In this document: in pieces, positions 57,771 through 64,000 of the stretch
How positions within the stretch are numbered: the first letter of the stretch is position 1
How the letters are laid out: every line of letters starts with the position of its first letter
Origin: Eledone cirrhosa
Taxonomy: Eukaryota
Assembly: GCA_964016885.1 (NCBI GenBank)
Contig: OZ024741.1
Span: 356,624,001-356,688,000, forward strand
Direction: 5' to 3'
Length of the DNA: 64,000 nt
The notes under the pieces: generated by a model
Database searches by the model: none
Told to the model about the DNA's origin: nothing
The model's input: the letters and a program-made list of their open reading frames with translations, nothing else
Made by a program: the position numbers and the translations under genes

Positions 57771-58529
57771 CAATAACAATTATTATCATCAATAGACTAC
57801 CTAAAACCAGAGAAAGTAGTTAATTCCCTTGTTTTAATATGTGTGTGCGCACACATACATATACATACACACACATAAATACACGTATTGTCACAGTTCT
57901 TATATCCAGTTTTCCATGTTGGCATGGGTTGGATAGGTTGTTTTGATACAACCAGATGTCCTTCATGATGCCAACCCTATTAGATATTTCTTACGACACA
58001 GGGATACAGAGTACTTCTTCTTCTAAAATTTGGGATACACACAGCACATATATGTATTTCATTTTATAGACGTCACACGTGGAGGTGAATTGCTGCATAA
58101 AAAGGTGCAGAGCACTAAAGGTCGATGGAAGGCTTGGAGTGAGGAGACCCGAGAAGACCTGGGATGAGGTGACAAAAGCTGACCTTGCCCAATTGCACCT
58201 CTCAAAGGTGATGACAGGACAGAGACCTCTGGCGTTACACAGTAATACAGAAGACCTGGCTTCCCACAAGTACAAGCTGAAGCTGAAGCATATAGACAGT
58301 ATACCCCTCCCCCCTGACACTGTAAAGTGGTCATGTAGGAGTCACGACAAATAAGCACCCAGTCCACACTGTAAAGTGGTTGTGTAGGTGCCACGGTACA
58401 AAAACACCCAGTACTCACTGTAAATGAGGTTGGTGTTAGGAAGGGCATCCAGCTGTAGAAATCAAGCCAAAATCAATTCTGTATGACCCATACTAGCTTG
58501 GAAGAATGGACGTAAAAAGGTGATGATGA

Positions 58530-58584
<55 letters not shown>

Positions 58585-58609
58585 TATATACATATACATA
58601 TATATATAA

Positions 58610-59660
58610 GGCATATGAGAGGTTGCTGAACAAGGAAAATAAATGAGACAGTGAGGGCCTACCCCATGCTGACACAACTGAGAGACCAACCATAGAAGTT
58701 GACAGCAGTATGATAGTTAAAGAAATTAAGGACATGAAGGTAGAGAAAACTGCTGGGAACATCCGGCATGACATAGTCGCTAAGATGCTAAAAGCATCTG
58801 GCATGGTAATATACGAGCTAGTCAGATGCATAGTTAATCAAGTAGTACAGAAGGGTGTCATAGCCAATGACTGGCACATCAGAATCATTGTAAATTGCTA
58901 CAAGAGCAAGGGAAATGCATTAGAGAGAACTACTCAGGCATCAAATTGATTGACCAGATCATGAAAGTTGCTGAAAGGCTTATAGCACAACTGATTAGAG
59001 ACAGAACCAAGTTAGATGAGATGCAGTTTGGATTTATGCCAGGTAAGGTGAGGCAACTACAGGAGAGATAATTAGCTAAGAGTAAACCACTGATCAAGCA
59101 TTTGTAAATCTGGAGATGGCCTTTGACAGTGTCCTCTGCTCTATAATCTGTTGTGTACTTAGGAAGCTAGGTGTAGACAAATGGCTTGTGAGGGCCGTGC
59201 AGGCCATGTAGAGAGGAACAAGAAGAGAGTTGGCAATGAGTACAGTGATGATTTTGAAGTGCAAGTGGGGATCCAACAGAGCTCAGTCCTCACTCCTCTC
59301 CTGTTTATCACTGTCCTTCAGGCCATTACTAAGGAGTTTAAAACTGGCACTCCATGGAAACTCTTATATTCTGTTGACCTAGTCCTCATAGCTGAATCTG
59401 TAGGAAAGTTAGAGGCAAAATTTCAAGCATGGAGAAGAACCTAGTTTTGAAAGGCCTAAAAGTAAACCTAGCCAAGACAAAAGCCCTAATACATAGGAAA
59501 GAGGACAGAATGTGCATACAGTGTAATCTATGGATGCACAAGAGATGTAGAGGGATTGCAGGTAGGCTAATAGAAAAGATAGGCTTTGCATGTGGCAGAT
59601 GCGCAGAAGTGAGCACTAAGAGCACACATGAAATAGATTCCTTCACTTGCCAGAGAGACA
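58610..59660 (+). mobile_element. Decayed RTE RT fragment
   Basis: IANDWHIRIIVNCYKSKG, IQQSSVLTPLLF, CIQCNLWMHKRC. Confidence 0.8.
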
Positions 59661-60519
59661 AGATAATGCAATCAGTACACACTGCAAACTGGTTGGTGAT
59701 AGGGAGGGCATACAGTCATAGAAAGCTTGCCAAACAAAGGGTTCGGAAGACCCTTCAGTTGTGTCAAAGACATGACAACCTCCCCTGTGCACTTGATAGA
59801 ATGTATGACCATAGGTAAGTGTGTGTGTCTGTTGTTTGGCTTACGATCAGTGTGTCCGTGGGCAAGGCACTTCATTTCACATTGCTCAATTCCACTCAGC
59901 TGGGAAAATGAGTTGGACCTATAATTCAAGGGGTAAGACTAATCACTCACTGTTTCATGTTAAATCTCCTTGGGAAATGCTCAGCCACTTGCACTTCAAG
60001 AGCAGGCTGCATTATTGACCAAACTGTTTAAACACTCATACTTTTAAATGCCCACCCCTCCCACAAACACACACATAGAGAAAGGTTGTAGAGTGGGGAG
60101 GAGTTACATATATATAATGTATGTATGTGTGTGCTATATGTATGTATATATGTATGTATGCATGTATGTCTATATGTATCTATGTATGTGTGTGTATGTA
60201 TCTTATGTATGTGTGTGTATATATATATGTATGTGTGTGCATGTGCTTATGTTTTTGTTTGTACAACTCTGTGTCCACAGTGACAGCATTACTTACTAGA
60301 TTATATCCTATAAATAGGTAAATACCTCTACAGGGATTCATGCATGACTAATTTTAGCCAAAAGCTGTCACCCTACTGAGATATATCTAGATAGTAGGTA
60401 GGTAAAGGACTGAATTACATGGTTTCATTACAAAATATCCACCAAGATCAATATGACATTCTAAGTGTTTTATTTATAAGTTCTAAATATACAAAAATAA
60501 TTTGAAATGTAATCCAAAT

Positions 60520-60734
60520 GGAGGGTCAACTGAAAAGTTCATAGCCTCACTATAAAGGATTGATGCTAAAGCTGTGAAATCTTGCATGTATTAATTTGAA
60601 CTCTTCTTATTAGTAACTGCATTTTTCTTTCCATGAAATATGTTGTAAGATAAACCTTATTTGGTCATTCCATAAGAGTGTCTTGGTCAGCCCATGAAAT
60701 TTTCAGCCTATAAATTTTTCAGCTGACTCTTGTA
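60520..60734. mobile_element. Small mariner-like MITE remnant
   Basis: GAGGGTCAACTGAAAAGTT ... ATTTTTCAGCTGACTCTT imperfect inverted termini. Confidence 0.45.
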
Positions 60735-62359
60735 AATAATATTAGCTTTTGAAAATCCTTATAATACCCTTGGGGAAAGATAAAAGTGGCCAGAAGCCAC
60801 TACAGAGAGTGGTAAGGGTATTTGACCAGATTTTCTAAAGCTATCATTATTTATAGTTATGGATTGGCAGTTTTGGTAGAACGTCGGACACTATGCTTAG
60901 CGGCATAGTTACATCCCTTTATGTTCTGGTTTCAAATTCTGCCATGGTCAGCTTTGCCTTTCATCCTTATGGGATTGATAAAATAAAGCACCAATAATGC
61001 AATGGGATCAATTTAATCGACTTTCCCCTTCCCCCTGGCTTAGTGCCTCTAGTAGAAATCTTTAATATTTATAGCGATTTTTGCATTTGGATTCCACTAT
61101 TTCAAATTCCAAATCATCCAAGTTCCTTGATAAATCAAGATTTATTTATTTCCAGCTCTAGACACAAATAATATATTAACAAATGACTGAAACTCCCAAA
61201 AATGGAATATTTTACTTAGTGGAGCAGTGCCCTCAACAGAGCAGAATATATTTAATTTTTGGCGCCCAGGATTGGTACAGCATATATGCCAGGATTACTG
61301 GATATATGAGCAATCATATAAATTGAGAAATTTATGATTTGCATAAGAGAACCCCAATAACTTATATTGATTAGTGACACATAGAAGTGATTAAGGATAA
61401 TGATATTTTAATCATTTATCTCTAAGATAAATACATAAATGTTCAGTATGTACAAATGACAGGATTAAATGTATGAGTAACTTTGGAAAAAACTATTTAC
61501 AGAGACAAATGTAGGATTAGAACCCAGGGCCCTATGATTTGAAAGTGCACTTCTTATTGTAGAAAAATGACTGAAATAGGAAATACACTGTGTGTATGTT
61601 TGAGCATGTAAATTTTAAAGAGTTACAGATGGAGATATATATAAATGGCATTCAAGATGTTTGGTGGAACTGGGCCACTGAGAATGAAGTTCTTGTCATC
61701 ATTGGCTGCTCGCCATACCAAGATATCAGATGATGCCCGTGAGGGTGCCTGGTTGTTTCAGCACGATAACCTCACCATCACCTGTGGTAATGCAGTGAAC
61801 ATGTTGGCTTGTCTCCAAATTTACCATTGACCCTTCTGGTATGATGTTGATTATTGCATTTAGTGGTGAATTGTTTGTTTGTTTGTTTTTTTGTTTTTTT
61901 GTTTTTTTTTCTTCTCTCGCTTTCATCATATATTTTTGTGCATTATATTTGTGATGTTCCTAGCAATAATTAATTGTATTTATTATGTGTTTATATTGTA
62001 TTTATATTTTCATTCTGTAATAATTTGTAATGTGAGTAATAAAAAATACATATATTATAAATGTATAAACACACATAGCATATTATCATGGTTGATAAGA
62101 ATACATTGAAAGTGGGTTCATAGACCCTTTATTCTGAGTCACAGCCGATTAATACTAGCAGAAATTTTGTCTAAAAACAAAAATACAGGTAGATTTTAAT
62201 TATCTGTTAATTCATTTACCTTCCCTTCCCTTCCAACCCAATTAACTGCATAACCTAATAGTCATTCACACAAACACAAGCTGAAACTGCTTGGCACTAT
62301 GGTCCAGATTATATATACATATATTTATATATATTCATTTTTCCATTACCATTACAAGG

Positions 62360-62431
62360 GGTCTGATGAGCCGCGGGTTAAATCGATACAGATCGAACCT
62401 TGAGCTGATCAGTGGCAAAACACGCGTCACC
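62360..62431 (+). ncRNA. Degenerate minimal hammerhead ribozyme motif (Penelope-like element type)
   Basis: GGT-CTGATGA-GCCGC...GTGGC-AAAA(for GAAA)-CACGCG-TC-ACC, followed by AATAAA and (TA)n. Confidence 0.5.
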
Positions 62432-62482
62432 AACCAATAAACGTAATGAAGGAGTAACCAATCGTCCTTGTTATTTTATTTC

Positions 62483-62521
<39 letters not shown>

Positions 62522-62523
<2 letters not shown>

Positions 62524-64000
62524 GTCCAAATAGCCAATCTATCGCTAAAACAAACTACATTTTCTGTTTCTATTAAGTGCTAAATACGTAGGTTTTTGGA
62601 CGTATTTAACAGAACAAATTTTGTATTTTTGTTAATCGCTTGTTAAATGCATGGACCCCACTCAATCATTACCTTCTTGCTAGCTATTTTCAAACCTTAA
62701 TTCCTAACGTATTTTCAAACCCCAATCCCTAATTCTAGCGTATCTTCAAAACAAAAAAGCAAAATCCTTTCCTTCTTCCTTCTTCGAAGGCACGGGGCGG
62801 TCAAACGCCTAACACCCACAGCCATCATGTGGCCCCCTACCCTCGCTCTCTCTCACTCTCTCTCTCTCTCCCTATAAATATATGATAGGAATTCACTTCG
62901 CCAAATTTCATTTCATTGCTTGCTGTCCCACGAAATTCATGTAAACGTAATGTACAGACTTCATCTCTCTCTCTCTCTCTCCTAGCGTATTTTCAAAACA
63001 ATCCATATTTCGTATCAAGTCCAAATAGCCAATCTATCGCTAAAACAAACTACATTTTCTGTTTCTATTAAGTGCTAAATACGTAGGTTTTTGGACGTAT
63101 TTAACAGAACAAATTTTGTATTTTTGTTAATCGCTTGTTAAATGCATGGACCCCACTCAATCATTACCTTCTTGCTAGCTACCCAACACCCCCCCCCCTC
63201 CCACCCCCACGCACCACCATTGCTATCACGTGGACCAATCATAAAACAGAGCCCCCACGCATCACCAGTATTATTACGCGGACCAATCAGAAACCAGAGG
63301 CCTATACTATCGCTTGCCTGGTTGCCTTTCGATATACGATATATGATGGATGGATGGACTGCGGAATCCTGGAGAGTGGAGGTGAGAGAGAAAAATCTGG
63401 ACGCTCAGCGACAATGCCAAAGATAAAGACAAATTCACCCCTTGGACGAGAATGCGAGCACTCCTCATTGTTTCGACCGCGGACGGCTAACATAACCCCA
63501 TCGCCCCCCGCCCCTCACCGCCCCCAACCCCCAAACGCAATCCAAAACTTCAGAGTTGGTACCATAAATGTAGGCACCCTAAAGGGTCGCGCTAACGAGG
63601 TTGTAGAAATGCTTGAACGTAAGGAGGTCGATGTTTGTTGTATTCAAGAGACCAGGTGGAGGGGTGGGTCTGCTAGGTTCATTGAGGGTAAAAAACGATG
63701 TTATAAGCTTTTCTGGGTGGGAAACGACGATGGGCTGGGTGGAGTAGGAATCATGGTAGCAGAAAAGTGGGCAGATAAGATAATAGACGTAAATAGAGTG
63801 AACGACAGAATAATTAAAATACGACTTGTCCTCAATAGAACTACGGTGACAGTAATATCTGCGTACGCACCCCAATCCGGACTGCCCGGCACTATAAAAG
63901 ACAGATTCTATGAGACACTGATGCTAACTACCTCCCAAATATCCGACAGTGACTATATAATTATCGCAGGCGACCTAAATGGTCACGTTGGACAACATTG
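62522..64000 (+). mobile_element. 5' part of an apparently intact RTE-clade LINE, ORF from ATG 63354 or 63414 open to the window end
   Basis: FRVGTINVGTLKGRANEVVEMLERKEVDVCCIQETRW..ISAYAPQ..AGDLNGHVGQ with no stop; CpG-rich leader with CCAAT boxes; 5' boundary uncertain. Confidence 0.85.

Noticed and set aside
61190-61310. Possible further ACSS1 exon (PFLGV-like text, splice-like sites)
   Set aside because: Stops in the relevant frames; the matching exon is at 56992-57104, and the expected upstream VGEP..DTWWQT exon was not found in the window

Overview
Repeat-dense, AT-rich animal DNA. The SINE/LINE complement and (TA)n tracts suggest a cephalopod, probably Octopus; this is inference, not a database match. 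Two host genes converge. The first is SLX4 on the + strand, one uninterrupted coding exon (about 30091-36519) with a duplicated C-terminal SLX1-binding domain, three UBZ-type zinc fingers and an 8-aa repeat. The second is an ACSS1-type acetyl-CoA synthetase on the - strand, of which the last six coding exons are visible (57104 to 43600). The left part holds a nested structure: a decayed RTE LINE (about 5520-20190) interrupted at its W-W-W-N codons by about 8.8 kb of a 37-bp satellite that resembles those codons. Two young, about 99% identical Tx1-clade LINE copies sit in that satellite in the same orientation and at the same monomer position. Also present are a near-intact RTE with a PHD finger inside its RT, the 5' part of an apparently intact RTE at the window end, decayed Gypsy, mariner, Ingi/Vingi-like, CR1 and CRE-like elements, many SINEs and MITEs, hammerhead-like motifs and a probable bidirectional promoter near 26.2 kb.
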